Position numbers and translations under genes: made by a program. Below the pieces are notes generated by a model. That model was not told the origin of the DNA. It was given only the letters and a program-made list of their open reading frames with translations, and made no database searches. Positions 38,639 through 48,449 of a stretch of DNA of 64,000 nt are shown here, in pieces; within the stretch, counting starts at the first letter, position 1; each line of letters opens with the position of its first letter. The DNA comes from Candidatus Limnocylindria bacterium (lineage in GTDB: Bacteria; Chloroflexota; Limnocylindria; QHBO01). The stretch spans positions 22,231 to 86,230 of the forward strand of contig DATBIY010000006.1 in the NCBI GenBank assembly GCA_036556695.1. Direction: 5' to 3'.

Positions 38639-39201
38639 CAGCCCTGGCCCTCCGCGGAGCGCTCCGAAGCGCGCGGCGGCAGCCACTCGCTGCCCTGGGG
38701 CAGGCCGGCTCCCTGCTCGGCGTCGCCCACGGGCGTTGCCGGCGGCGGCGTTCGCTCGATGGGCGGTGGCGGCGCCCAGCCGGGCTTGCCGACCGGGCTG
38801 GTGGGCGATGGCTCGGCGGATTCCTCGCCGGAGGCTGCCGCGATCTCGCGGCGTGTCTGCTCGGTGCGGTCGCTGCGGTCGAGCAGCGGGTAGGCGCGCG
38901 CGGCGTAGCCGGGCCACAGGCCCACGTCGCCGTCGCGGATCATGACCATGGTCTTGCCGAATGCGCCGGTGACGTCGCGCACGGATCGGTCCAGCACCTG
39001 GTAGTCCCGACCGGCCACCTCCTGCAGGGCGGGCCGCAGCGTCTCCACCAGGAAGGCCGGGTTGGGCTGGCGCTGCAGTGCGAGCTCCAGGGCGGCGAGC
39101 ACTTCCTCATCGGTCAGCCCGCGGGGCAGCGGGCGGCTGATGAACTCCATGCGCGGGTCGCGGGATGGTCCGCGGAGCGTGCGGACGAGGGAACGCAACA
39201 T
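38638..39201 (-). CDS. Hypothetical protein with a P-rich C-terminus
   Basis: ORF with coding periodicity, translationally coupled to the zinc-ribbon gene. Start may be the internal MEFISRPLP. Confidence 0.4.
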   Translation of the reverse strand: MLRSLVRTLRGPSRDPRMEFISRPLPRGLTDEEVLAALELALQRQPNPAFLVETLRPALQEVAGRDYQVLDRSVRDVTGAFGKTMVMIRDGDVGLWPGYAARAYPLLDRSDRTEQTRREIAAASGEESAEPSPTSPVGKPGWAPPPPIERTPPPATPVGDAEQGAGLPQGSEWLPPRASERSAEGQG

Positions 39202-39379
39202 CGGGCGGCGATTGTACCGTCCCAGGGAGGCATGGCCATTGCCTTCGACCGGGGTCCGGCCCGGCGGTTGCTATACTGCAATCCCCGTGAGACATGCTCT
39301 CGTTGGCGTGGCCTGAGCCGCACGGCTCGCCATCCGGCGCCACGCAACTGTCGAAACTCGCTTCCAGAACTGGAGAGAT

Positions 39380-40261
39380 TTGATCAGCGCGCGCGTCAGA
39401 AAGGCCGTCCTGCCGGCGGCCGGCTTCGGAACCCGGTTCCTGCCCGCCACCAAGGCGATCCCCAAGGAGGTCATCCCCCTGGTCGATCGCCCGATCATCC
39501 AGTACGCGGTCGAAGAGGCCTTCGCCTCCGGCATCGAGCAGATCATCATCGTCATCGCCACCGGGCGCAGCGCCATCGAGGACCACTTCGATGCCAACCC
39601 CACGCTGGAGCGCTGGCTGGAGGAGCGGGGTGACATCGAGCTGCTGCGGGCCGTGCGCCGCATCACCGAGGCGGGCCCCATCGCCTTCGTCCACCAGAAG
39701 GAGCAGCTGGGCCTGGGGCACGCCGTGCTGATGGCCAAGGAGCTGGTCGGCGACGAGCCGTTCGCCGTGCTCCTCTCCGACGACGTGATGCTCAACCCCG
39801 GCGGGCCGCCGGTCACGCGGCAGCTGATCGAGCAGCACGCCACTCACCGCGGCAGCGTGGTGGCAGTGCAGCGCGTGGCTCCGCAGGACGTGACGCGCTA
39901 CGGCATCGTGCAGCCGCTGCGCGAGGAGGGGCGGCTGGTCGAGATCGGTGACCTGGTCGAGAAGCCGGCCGTCGACGACGCGCCGTCGGACCTGGCGGTC
40001 CTGGGCCGATACGTCCTGACGCCCAAGATCTTCAACGTACTGGAGACGACGCCGCGCGGGGCGGGCGGCGAGATCCAGCTGACCGACGCCATCCGGGCAC
40101 TGACCGAGGAGCAGCCGGTGTTCGGCTACCAGTTCGAGGGCGAGCGGCACGATGCCGGCACCCGCATCGGCTGGATGAAGGCCAACGTGGCCATGGCCCT
40201 GGCGTCGGAGGACGCGGACGAGTTCCGCGCCTACCTGCGCGGGCTCGACCTGCGAGACTGA
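39380..40261 (+). CDS. galU: UTP--glucose-1-phosphate uridylyltransferase
   Basis: KAVLPAAGFGTRFLPATKAIPKE nucleotidyltransferase motif. 293 aa. Confidence 0.9.
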   Translation: MISARVRKAVLPAAGFGTRFLPATKAIPKEVIPLVDRPIIQYAVEEAFASGIEQIIIVIATGRSAIEDHFDANPTLERWLEERGDIELLRAVRRITEAGPIAFVHQKEQLGLGHAVLMAKELVGDEPFAVLLSDDVMLNPGGPPVTRQLIEQHATHRGSVVAVQRVAPQDVTRYGIVQPLREEGRLVEIGDLVEKPAVDDAPSDLAVLGRYVLTPKIFNVLETTPRGAGGEIQLTDAIRALTEEQPVFGYQFEGERHDAGTRIGWMKANVAMALASEDADEFRAYLRGLDLRD

Positions 40262-40286
40262 CGCCCGCAACGGAGGGCTACGCGGC

Positions 40287-41924
40287 GTGGAGATGATCGG
40301 GCGGCTCATCAGCGGGCGCTACCGCCTCATTGCGCCGCTGGGCGAGGGCGGCATGGCCACGATCTGGCGCGCCGTCGACGAGCAGCTGGACCGCGAGGTG
40401 GCGGTCAAGCTGCTGCGCGAGCAGTTCGGCAGCGACGCGGGCTTCGCCGCCCGCTTCCGGCAGGAGGCACGCGCCGCCGGCTCGCTGTCGCACCCGAACA
40501 TCGTGCCGGTCTACGACTACGGCACCGACGCCGACGGCAGCCAGTTCATCGTCATGCAGCTGGTAGAGGGCGACACCCTGGCCGGCATCCTGCGCGAGCG
40601 AGGCCACCTGGATACCGATGACGCCGTGCGCGTCGCGCTGGGCGTCGCCTCCGCCCTGGAGGCCGCTCATCGCCGCGGCCTGGTCCACCGTGACGTGAAG
40701 CCGGGCAACATCCTGCTCACCGACGATGGGGACGTGAAGGTCACGGATTTCGGCATCGCGCGCGCCGTCTCCGAGGCGTCGATGACGGTCACCGGCACCA
40801 CGCTGGGATCGGTCCACTACTTCAGCCCGGAGCAGGCGCGCGGCGACGAGGTGACCGGCGCGTCCGACGTCTACGCGCTGGGCATCGTGCTGTACGAGAT
40901 GCTGACCGGCCGGCGCCCCTTCGAGGGAGACTCGGCGGCTGGCGTGGCCCTGAAGCGGCTGAACGAGGACCCGCCGCCGCCGTCCGCCTTCCGGCCCGTG
41001 CCGGCCGGCCTGTCGGCCATCGTGATGCGGGCTCTGCAGCGCGAGCCGGCCGACCGCTTCCCGGACGCCGGCTCCTTCGCCGAGGCGCTGCGCGTGTGGC
41101 AGAAGGACCCGGCACGCGCCGCCGCCGCGGCACCGGCCATGGCCGCGGCCCCGAAGCCGCAGGACGCGCCGCTGCCACCCGCCGGCGAGCCAACGGTCTA
41201 CATTCCGCCGCGCGTCACCATGCCGGCCGACCGGGCCGCATCCGGCGGCCGGCCACCGGTTCGCCGTCCGCCGCCGCCTCCGCCGCAGCGCAGGCAGCCG
41301 TGGTGGACCTGGCTGCTGGTGCTGCTGGCCGTCCTGCTGCTGGGGCTCATCGGCTACCTGGGCATGCAGGTCATCGGCAACCTCGGGCCGAACGGCACGC
41401 CGACGCCCACGCCGGCCGCCCAGTTCGCGCTGCCGGACTTCACCGATCAGCCGATTGCGGCCGCCCGCCGCCTGGCCGAGGAGCGCGGGCTGATCGTCGA
41501 AGTCGACCCGGACCGCGTCCCATCCGACGAGATCGAAGCGGGCAACGTCGTTTCGACCGACCCGCCGCCCGGCACGATGGTCTCCGAAGGCGACACCTTG
41601 ACCTTCACCGTGAGCAGCGGCGAGGACACCGTCGACGTGCCCAACCTCGTCGGCCAGACGGAAGACCAGGCGGTGGCCACCCTGAACACGGCTGGCCTGA
41701 CGCTGGGACAGGTGTCGACCGAGTTCAGCGACGCCCAGCCCGAGGGCCGGGTCATTCGCAGCACACCCAGCGCCGGAGTTTCGCTGCCGCGCGGCGACCA
41801 GGTTGACATCGTCTTGTCGCGCGGCCCTGCCCCGACGCCCACACCACAGCCGACGCCGCCACCCACGCCGACACCTCCGCCGCCGACGCCCGCCCCGGCC
41901 TCACCGACGCCCACGCCGTCATAG
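40287..41924 (+). CDS. pknB: Ser/Thr protein kinase with extracellular PASTA domains (PknB-like)
   Basis: Kinase subdomains (VAVKLL, HRDVKPGNILL, DFGIA, SPEQ), a Pro-rich juxtamembrane region, a TM helix, two PASTA repeats and a P/T-rich tail. Confidence 0.9.
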   Translation: MEMIGRLISGRYRLIAPLGEGGMATIWRAVDEQLDREVAVKLLREQFGSDAGFAARFRQEARAAGSLSHPNIVPVYDYGTDADGSQFIVMQLVEGDTLAGILRERGHLDTDDAVRVALGVASALEAAHRRGLVHRDVKPGNILLTDDGDVKVTDFGIARAVSEASMTVTGTTLGSVHYFSPEQARGDEVTGASDVYALGIVLYEMLTGRRPFEGDSAAGVALKRLNEDPPPPSAFRPVPAGLSAIVMRALQREPADRFPDAGSFAEALRVWQKDPARAAAAAPAMAAAPKPQDAPLPPAGEPTVYIPPRVTMPADRAASGGRPPVRRPPPPPPQRRQPWWTWLLVLLAVLLLGLIGYLGMQVIGNLGPNGTPTPTPAAQFALPDFTDQPIAAARRLAEERGLIVEVDPDRVPSDEIEAGNVVSTDPPPGTMVSEGDTLTFTVSSGEDTVDVPNLVGQTEDQAVATLNTAGLTLGQVSTEFSDAQPEGRVIRSTPSAGVSLPRGDQVDIVLSRGPAPTPTPQPTPPPTPTPPPPTPAPASPTPTPS

Positions 41925-42007
41925 GGCCTCTGACCCTGGCCGGCGGCCCGGTGCTAGCATCCGGCGCTGAACATTCGAACCCTTCGGCCAGGAGGTCCAG
42001 CAATCCC

Positions 42008-42334
42008 ATGTCCGCCCCGATGACGGTCGACGAGTCGACCTTCGAGGCGCAGGTTCTCCAATCGGACAAGCCGGTGCTTGTCGACTTCTGGGCGCCATGG
42101 TGCGGGCCGTGCCGGCTCGTCTCCCCGGTGGTGGAGTCGATCGGCGAGGCGCACGGCGACAAGATCGCCGTCGCAAAGGTGAACACCGACGAGAACCAGC
42201 AGCTGGCGATGCGCTACAGCATCTTCAGCATCCCCACCCTCATCGTCTTCAAGGACGGGCGGGAGGCCGCCCGTGTGGTCGGCTTCATGCCCCAGGAGGC
42301 GATGGAGGAGCGTCTGCGCGACTACATCGCCTAG
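42008..42334 (+). CDS. trxA: Thioredoxin
   Basis: WAPWCGPCR active site. AGGAGG Shine-Dalgarno upstream of the ATG at 42008. Confidence 0.9.
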   Translation: MSAPMTVDESTFEAQVLQSDKPVLVDFWAPWCGPCRLVSPVVESIGEAHGDKIAVAKVNTDENQQLAMRYSIFSIPTLIVFKDGREAARVVGFMPQEAMEERLRDYIA

Positions 42335-42377
42335 CGCGATCGCCTGGCGCTCGAGCAGGACCATCGGCGGCGGCCGG

Positions 42378-42998
42378 ATGGGCCTTCTGCCGCCGAAGCA
42401 GCCGCTACACTCGGCGTGCGAGAGGGAGGCACGCCCGAGTTTGATCATCAAGACCGAGCGGCGAACCGGTGCGGATCGCCGGCAGGCCGGCGATCCATTC
42501 AGCCCGGAGCGCCGGCAAAACGACCGGCGCACGATGTGCTGGGAGGTCGAGAACTGCTCGCTCACGATCCGCTATCGCTGCCCGGCCTTCATCCTGCGCC
42601 GTCCGTGCTGGGAGCTGTGGGCGGTGGAGGGCGTGGGGCCGGCGCGCGCCTGCTGCCACAACGAGATCGACTGCGAGCCGGGCCGCTGCGTGATCGCCGA
42701 GAAGCGCTTCGCCGAGGCCCCGCAGCCGTTGACCGTACACGTCGGCAGGCGTGGCATGCCGCTGGGCTACTCGCGGCCGCGCCGCCATTCGTGCCCGCAC
42801 TTCTTCCTGACCCAAGGGTCGAAGGGGCGCGTCCCGATCGAGGCTCCGCAGCTGCTGCGCACGCTGATGAAGCAGGAGGGCGTTGTGAGTCGATGCGAGC
42901 TTCGAGGTGGCGTGCACCTGGACTCCGGCTACGTCACGGACCTGTGCCTCACCGGGCAGTTCCATGACTGCGTCTTCTACGAGGACGAGCAGGGCTGA
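42378..42998 (+). CDS. Cys-rich hypothetical protein with two CW motifs (two-CW-domain-like) and an N-terminal DRR/ERR-repeat region
   Basis: Motifs MCWEVENC, RCP, PCWELW, CCHNEIDCEPGRC, SCPH and HDC. Sits between trxA and folC and overlaps the folC start region. Confidence 0.45.
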   Translation: MGLLPPKQPLHSACEREARPSLIIKTERRTGADRRQAGDPFSPERRQNDRRTMCWEVENCSLTIRYRCPAFILRRPCWELWAVEGVGPARACCHNEIDCEPGRCVIAEKRFAEAPQPLTVHVGRRGMPLGYSRPRRHSCPHFFLTQGSKGRVPIEAPQLLRTLMKQEGVVSRCELRGGVHLDSGYVTDLCLTGQFHDCVFYEDEQG

Positions 42999-43014
42999 CG
43001 ACTACCCCGCAGCG

Positions 43015-44334
43015 GTGCGGGAGCTGACCTCGCGCGGGCGGTTCGGCATCAGCCTCGGCCTGGAGCGCATCGGCGCCATCCTCGATGAGCTGGACCACCC
43101 TGAGCGGCAGCTCCGCGGAGCGCTGGTGGCGGGGACCAACGGCAAGGGCAGCGTGGTGGCCATGGTCCAGTCGGTGCTGCGCGAGGCGGGGCTGCGGGTA
43201 GGCACCATGCCCAAGCCGCACCTGGTCAGCTACCGGGAGCGCATCGCCCTGGACGGCCTGCCCATCGATGAGGCCGATTTCGCCGCCGCCGTAGGCCGCG
43301 TGCTGCCCGCGGTGGACCGCGTCGCCAGCCGGCTCGGGGCGCCCACCGAGTTCGAGACGCTGACCGCCGCCGCCTTCAGCGAGCTGGCGCGCCGCCAGGT
43401 GGACCTGGCGGTGGTGGAGGTCGGCATGGGCGGCCGCCTGGATGCGACCAACGTGCTCGATCCGGGAGTGGCGGTGATCACCAACGTGCAGAAGGACCAC
43501 GAGCGCTACCTGGGCTCGACGCTGGCGGCCATCGGCACCGAGAAGGCGGCGATCATCAAGCCCGGGAACCTGGCAGTCACCGGCGCCACCGGCCGTGGCC
43601 TGCCGCCGATCCTGGACCGCTGCGCTGCGCTCGCGGTGCCGCTGCGCCTGGCTGGCCGCACCAGGCCCTACCGGGCGGAGCTGCGAAACCAGGACCTGCG
43701 GGGCATCGTGGTCGACGCGCACACCCCGACCACCACGCTGGACGAGCTGCAGGTTGGATTGCTGGGGAGACACCAGGCGACGAACGCGGCGGTCGCGCTG
43801 GCCGTGCTGGACGCCCTGCGCCAGGCGGCCGAGCGGCGCGGTCAGCCTCTGCCCGGGCTAAACGAGGAGGCGCTGCGCCGCGGCCTGGCAAAGGCCCGCT
43901 GGCCGGGGCGCCTGGAGCTGCTCGAGGCCACGCCCCACGGGCGCGTCCTGCTCGACGGGGCGCACAATCCCGCAGGGGCTCGAGCCCTGGCCACCGCGCT
44001 GGAGGACCTGCAGCTGACCGGCATTCCCATGGTGTTCGGCGCCATGCGTGGCAAGCGGGTGGCCGCCATGCTGCGCGCGCTGGCCTCCGCTCGGACGCAG
44101 CCGGTGTTCACCGCCATCGCCGACCACAACGGGCTCCCCCCGCGGGAGCTGCTGCAGACCTGGCGGCGCGTGACCGGTGCACATGGCGGCGCAGCTGCGG
44201 ACATGCCCACGCGCGCGCTCGAGATGGCGGCGGACCTGCGGCACGACGCCCAGCAGCCGGTGCTGGTCGCCGGCTCGCTCTACCTGGTCGGCAGCCTGCG
44301 CGCCGAGCTGCTGGGCGAGGGCCAGCCGGCATGA
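43015..44334 (+). CDS. folC: Dihydrofolate synthase/folylpolyglutamate synthase
   Basis: Mur-ligase P-loop VAGTNGKGS. GTG start inferred about 25 aa upstream of GLERI; the track ORF 42907 start overlaps the previous gene. Confidence 0.8.
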   Translation: MRELTSRGRFGISLGLERIGAILDELDHPERQLRGALVAGTNGKGSVVAMVQSVLREAGLRVGTMPKPHLVSYRERIALDGLPIDEADFAAAVGRVLPAVDRVASRLGAPTEFETLTAAAFSELARRQVDLAVVEVGMGGRLDATNVLDPGVAVITNVQKDHERYLGSTLAAIGTEKAAIIKPGNLAVTGATGRGLPPILDRCAALAVPLRLAGRTRPYRAELRNQDLRGIVVDAHTPTTTLDELQVGLLGRHQATNAAVALAVLDALRQAAERRGQPLPGLNEEALRRGLAKARWPGRLELLEATPHGRVLLDGAHNPAGARALATALEDLQLTGIPMVFGAMRGKRVAAMLRALASARTQPVFTAIADHNGLPPRELLQTWRRVTGAHGGAAADMPTRALEMAADLRHDAQQPVLVAGSLYLVGSLRAELLGEGQPA

Positions 44335-45185
44335 CGCAGCTGGCCTGGGGCGAGCGGACCTACGTCATGGGCATCCTGAACCTGACGCCCGACTCGTTCA
44401 GCGGTGACGGGCTGGCGCCGGAGGGCGCCTCATCGGAGGAGGTCGTTTCCTCGGCCGTCAAGCAGGCGCGCACATTCGTGGCCGCCGGGGCCGACATCCT
44501 GGACATCGGCGCCGAATCCAGCCGGCCGGCACAGTTCTACGGCGACCATCCGCCCATCTCGGCCGCCGCCGAGGCGGCGCTGGTGGTGCCCGTGCTGCGC
44601 GCGCTGCGGGAGGAGCTGGGCGACGGGCCGCTGCTCAGCGTAGACACGACGAAGGGCTCGGTGGCAAGGGAGGCCATTGCCGCCGGCGCGGGCATGGTCA
44701 ACGACGTATGGGCCGGGACGCGCGATCCCGGCACCCTCCACGCCGCGGCCGAGGCCGGCAGCTGGATGGTGCTGATGCACAACCGCGAAGTGGCCGACTA
44801 TCCGCGCGGCGTGTTCGATGAGGTGGTCACCTGGCTGCGCGACGCGATCGGCGCCGCGGAGCGCGCAGGCATCGCGCGGGGTCGGCTGATTGTCGACCCG
44901 GGCATCGGCTTCGGGAAGACGGCCGACCATTCGATCGAGCTGCTCCATCGGCTCCGCGAGCTGAGGGACGCCCTGGGTGGGCTGCCGATGCTTGTGGGGA
45001 CCAGCCGCAAGCGGTTCATCGGCCAGCTGCTGGGTGGCGCCCCGCCGGACCACCGGCTGGAGGGCACAGCTGCCACCGTCAGCCTGGCCATTGCCGCAGG
45101 GGCCGATATCGTGCGCGTCCACGACGTGGAGCCCATGATGCGCACCGTGCGAGTGACGGATGGCATCGTGCGGTGGCGCCGGTGA
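44331..45185 (+). CDS. folP: Dihydropteroate synthase
   Basis: Pterin-binding motifs (GILNLTPDSFSGDG; DIGAESSRP; VNDV). Confidence 0.9.
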   Translation: MTQLAWGERTYVMGILNLTPDSFSGDGLAPEGASSEEVVSSAVKQARTFVAAGADILDIGAESSRPAQFYGDHPPISAAAEAALVVPVLRALREELGDGPLLSVDTTKGSVAREAIAAGAGMVNDVWAGTRDPGTLHAAAEAGSWMVLMHNREVADYPRGVFDEVVTWLRDAIGAAERAGIARGRLIVDPGIGFGKTADHSIELLHRLRELRDALGGLPMLVGTSRKRFIGQLLGGAPPDHRLEGTAATVSLAIAAGADIVRVHDVEPMMRTVRVTDGIVRWRR

Positions 45186-45550
45186 GCGACCGCATCACGC
45201 TGCGCGGCATGCGCTTCCTTGGTCGGCACGGCGTCGAGTTGGAGGAGCGCCTGGAGCCGCAGCCCTTCGAGGTGGACGTGATCCTGCGCGGCGCCATCTC
45301 GCGCGCTGCGGCCAGCGACGACCTGGCCGACACGGTCGACTATTCGGCCGTGTTCACCACGGTGCAGGGCATCGTTGAGGAGCAGTCGTTCCGCCTCATC
45401 GAAGCGCTGGCCGGCACCATCGCCGACACCCTGCTGACCGACCCCGCCATCCAGGACGTCGAGGTCCGGGTGAGAAAGCCGAAGGCCCCGTTGCCCGGGG
45501 CCTTCGACACCGTGGAGGTCAGGCTGCGGCGGCGCGCCGCGGCCGAGTGA
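45173..45550 (+). CDS. folB: Dihydroneopterin aldolase
   Basis: 125 aa with the FolB fold (RITLRGMRFLGRHGVELEER...). GTG start overlapping the folP stop. Confidence 0.8.
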   Translation: MAPVSDRITLRGMRFLGRHGVELEERLEPQPFEVDVILRGAISRAAASDDLADTVDYSAVFTTVQGIVEEQSFRLIEALAGTIADTLLTDPAIQDVEVRVRKPKAPLPGAFDTVEVRLRRRAAAE

Positions 45551-45553
45551 CGC

Positions 45554-46884
45554 TCAGGGCTCCTCTGGCAGCGTGCCCAGCGTGACCTCGATCTCGGTCG
45601 GCGAGTCGCCGCGCAGCACCCGCAGGGTGATGGTGTCACCCGGGTTGTGCGGCAGGATCAGTTCCGCCAGGTCGGTGTCGGCGTCGATCTCCTGGCCGTC
45701 CAGCGCGGTGATCACGTCGCCGGGCTGCAGGCCGGCGGCCGCGGCGGGGCTGTTGGGAAAGACCGCCGGCTGGCTCCCGGTGGAGTCGATGATCACGCCG
45801 TCCTCGACCACCAGGTCCATCTCCTCAGCCAGCTGCTTGGTGATGGGCCGGTAGTAGATCCCGATCCACGGCCGCTGGAGCGGCTGTCCGTTCACCGCCT
45901 GCTGCATGATCGGCCTGGCGATGTCGATGGGGATGGCAAAGCCAATGCCCTGCGCGTCCTGGCTGACGGCGGTGTTGACGCCGATGACCTGCCCGGCGCT
46001 GTCGAGCAGCGGGCCACCCGAGTTGCCCGGGTTGATGGCCGCATCGGTCTGGATCAGGTTGTTCAGCTGCTCGGAGCTGCTGGTCGCCTGGCTGCCGGCC
46101 ACGATCTGCCTGCCCAGGCCGGAGACGATGCCGGTGGTCACCGTGTTCTCGAACTGGCCGAGCGGGTTGCCGATGGCGATGGCCAGCTGGCCCTGCTCCA
46201 GGTCGGCGCTGGAGCCGATCTTGACGGTCGGCAGGTCGGTGGCATCCACCTTCACGATGGCCAGGTCGGTCAGCGTGTCGATGCCGTAGACCTCGCCCTC
46301 CAGCTCGGTGGTGTCGGAGAGGATGACGGTGATCTGGTTCGCGTCGGCCACCACGTGCCGGTTGGTCAGGATCCAGCCATCGGAGTGATAGATGAAGCCG
46401 GTGCCGACGCCCGAGCCCCCCAGGCCGCCGCTGCTGGACTGGATCTTGACCACCGCGGGCATGGCCGATTGCACGGCGCTGATCACCGCCGAGGACTCGT
46501 CGAGGTGCACCTGTGACACGCTCTGCCCCAGCGGCTCCTGCGCCGCCTGCTGGTTCGTCAGCTGCTGGCCGCGCAACAGGCCCGTCACCGCGGCCGCTGA
46601 CAGCGAGCCGGACACGATGCCGGCGACGACGGCCACAGCCACGATGGCGCCGCCGCCCAGGCCGCGCCGCTGCTGCTGGATCCCGTGGCTGGTGGCGAGC
46701 GGCGGCCGCGTGGACCAGGCCGGGACGGCCTGTGCGGGGCGTGGGTCGCTCTCGTATCGCCCCGCCGCCGGCTGAGCGGGTGGCGGCCCGAAGCGCCGGA
46801 CCTCGACAGGCTCGGCCGGGTCGTCGGCGGAACGCGAGGTGAAGTGGAGGTTGTGCTGGTCGTCGGTCATGAGGTTCGCTCGCA
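45554..46884 (-). CDS. htrA: HtrA/DegP-family serine protease with a PDZ domain
   Basis: TM anchor, trypsin-like triad region (TNRHVV; GNSGGPL) and a C-terminal PDZ domain. The true start is MRANLMTDD (about 46884); the longer track ORF is an artefact overlapping the kinase gene. Confidence 0.85.
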
Positions 46885-46955
46885 TCGTACGAGGGCGGGA
46901 CTCTGTCCATCGTGCTCCGCATCCGTTGCGTGCAGCGCCCTGCAAGCGTGAAGTT

Positions 46956-48449
46956 TCATGAACCTTCAGCCGTGCGCGGCAGGGTGATGGTGAAGGTGGA
47001 GCCGCGGCCCAGCTCGCTCGCCACGCTGATGCTGCCACCGTGCATCTCGACGATGGAGCGGGCGATCGACAGGCCCAGGCCAGAGCCGGACGCACGCGCG
47101 TCGCCGACGTTCGTGCCGCGGAAGAAGCGATCGAACACGTGGGGCAGCTCGGCCTGCGGGATGCCTGGGCCGGAGTCGCGCACCTGCAGCGTCGGTGACT
47201 CGGTGCCGTCGCGCAGCGCGACGATGACCTCGCCACCACGCGGCGTGAACTTCAGGGCGTTGCCCACCAGGTTGCTGAGCAGCTGCACGATGCGCTCGCG
47301 GTCGAAGCGCAGCATGACTGGGCTGGTCGGCACCTGGCTGACCAGGCCGATGCCGCGCTGCTCGGCGATTTCGGCATGTGCCTCGACCGTGGAGCGCACG
47401 GGGTCGCGCAGGTCGCCGGAGCGCATGTCGAGGGGGAAGATGCCGGCATCGATGCGCGACAGGTCGAGCAGGTTGGTGCTCATCCACTCCAAGCGATTGA
47501 TCTGCTCGGTAGAGCGGTCCAGGAACTCGCGGCGTTGCGCGTCGTCCGGGTTCCCCTCGCGCAGCAGCTCGGTGAAGGTGCGGAGCGCGGCGATGGGCGT
47601 GCGCAACTCGTGGCTGACGTCGGCCACGAACTCGCGCAGGCGATCGCGATCGGCCTGCAGCAGGCGGACGGACTCACTCAGCTGGTCGGCCATGAGGTTG
47701 AACTGCTGGCTCAGCTCGTCCACCTCGATGATGTCGAACGGCGGCGCGCGCTCCTCCAGGTCTCCCTGCGCGAAGCGGCTCGAGGCACGGCGCAGGCGGG
47801 CCAGAGGACCGGTGAGGCGCCGGGCGGCGACCACGCCCAGCAGCAGCGACACGAACAATGCGGCCAGGCCGGCGCCGATCAGCGTGCCGGTCACGCGCTG
47901 CAGGGTCGCCGCACGGTTGGTGTAGATGTTGCTGACGCGGAAATGCATCCGGAAGCTGACGCCGCTCGCGACCGAGAGCGTCTGCGGATGTTCCACGGAG
48001 CCCGCCTCCAGATCGGGCGCCAGGCCGGCCGCGCGAAGCTGGCTGATGTGCTCGGCGTCCGGTTCGGCGTGTGCCGCCAACGTGCCGTCGTCGTAGAAGA
48101 TCTCAACCGTTCCCTGGGCCAGCGTGTTCGCGGCAACCTGCGCCACCGGAGCGAAAATCCGCGTGTTGCGCAGCTCCGGCACGAGGACCGAGTTCAGGTT
48201 CTGCTCCGCCATCCGCTCCAGCTGGTTCTGGGCCACGACCGCTGTCGCCAGGCTGGCCGTTTCCAGGCGCCGCTGCGCCTGATCCAGGAAGTAGTTGGGC
48301 AGCACCTGGGTCAGCGCGATGCCCGAGACCAGGAGCGCCACCAACGCGACGGCGGCCAGGGCAAGGACGAAACGGACGTTGAGCCGCTGGAAGACGCCGG
48401 CCAGGGTGCGGACTCGCCTGGCGGTCGGCTCAGTCCTCGCTGAATGCAT
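46956..48449 (-). CDS. Sensor histidine kinase (two TM helices, HAMP, HisKA, HATPase_c)
   Basis: H-box VADVSHELRTPI; N, G1 and G2 boxes (NLVGNALKFT, DSGPGI, GSGLGLSI). Confidence 0.85.
   Translation of the reverse strand: MHSARTEPTARRVRTLAGVFQRLNVRFVLALAAVALVALLVSGIALTQVLPNYFLDQAQRRLETASLATAVVAQNQLERMAEQNLNSVLVPELRNTRIFAPVAQVAANTLAQGTVEIFYDDGTLAAHAEPDAEHISQLRAAGLAPDLEAGSVEHPQTLSVASGVSFRMHFRVSNIYTNRAATLQRVTGTLIGAGLAALFVSLLLGVVAARRLTGPLARLRRASSRFAQGDLEERAPPFDIIEVDELSQQFNLMADQLSESVRLLQADRDRLREFVADVSHELRTPIAALRTFTELLREGNPDDAQRREFLDRSTEQINRLEWMSTNLLDLSRIDAGIFPLDMRSGDLRDPVRSTVEAHAEIAEQRGIGLVSQVPTSPVMLRFDRERIVQLLSNLVGNALKFTPRGGEVIVALRDGTESPTLQVRDSGPGIPQAELPHVFDRFFRGTNVGDARASGSGLGLSIARSIVEMHGGSISVASELGRGSTFTITLPRTAEGS

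Noticed and set aside
46885-47239. N-terminal 118-aa extension of the HtrA ORF
   Set aside because: It overlaps the histidine-kinase C-terminus in another frame, is Cys/Arg-rich and lacks a signal/TM logic. The Met at about 46884 gives a sensible N-terminus.
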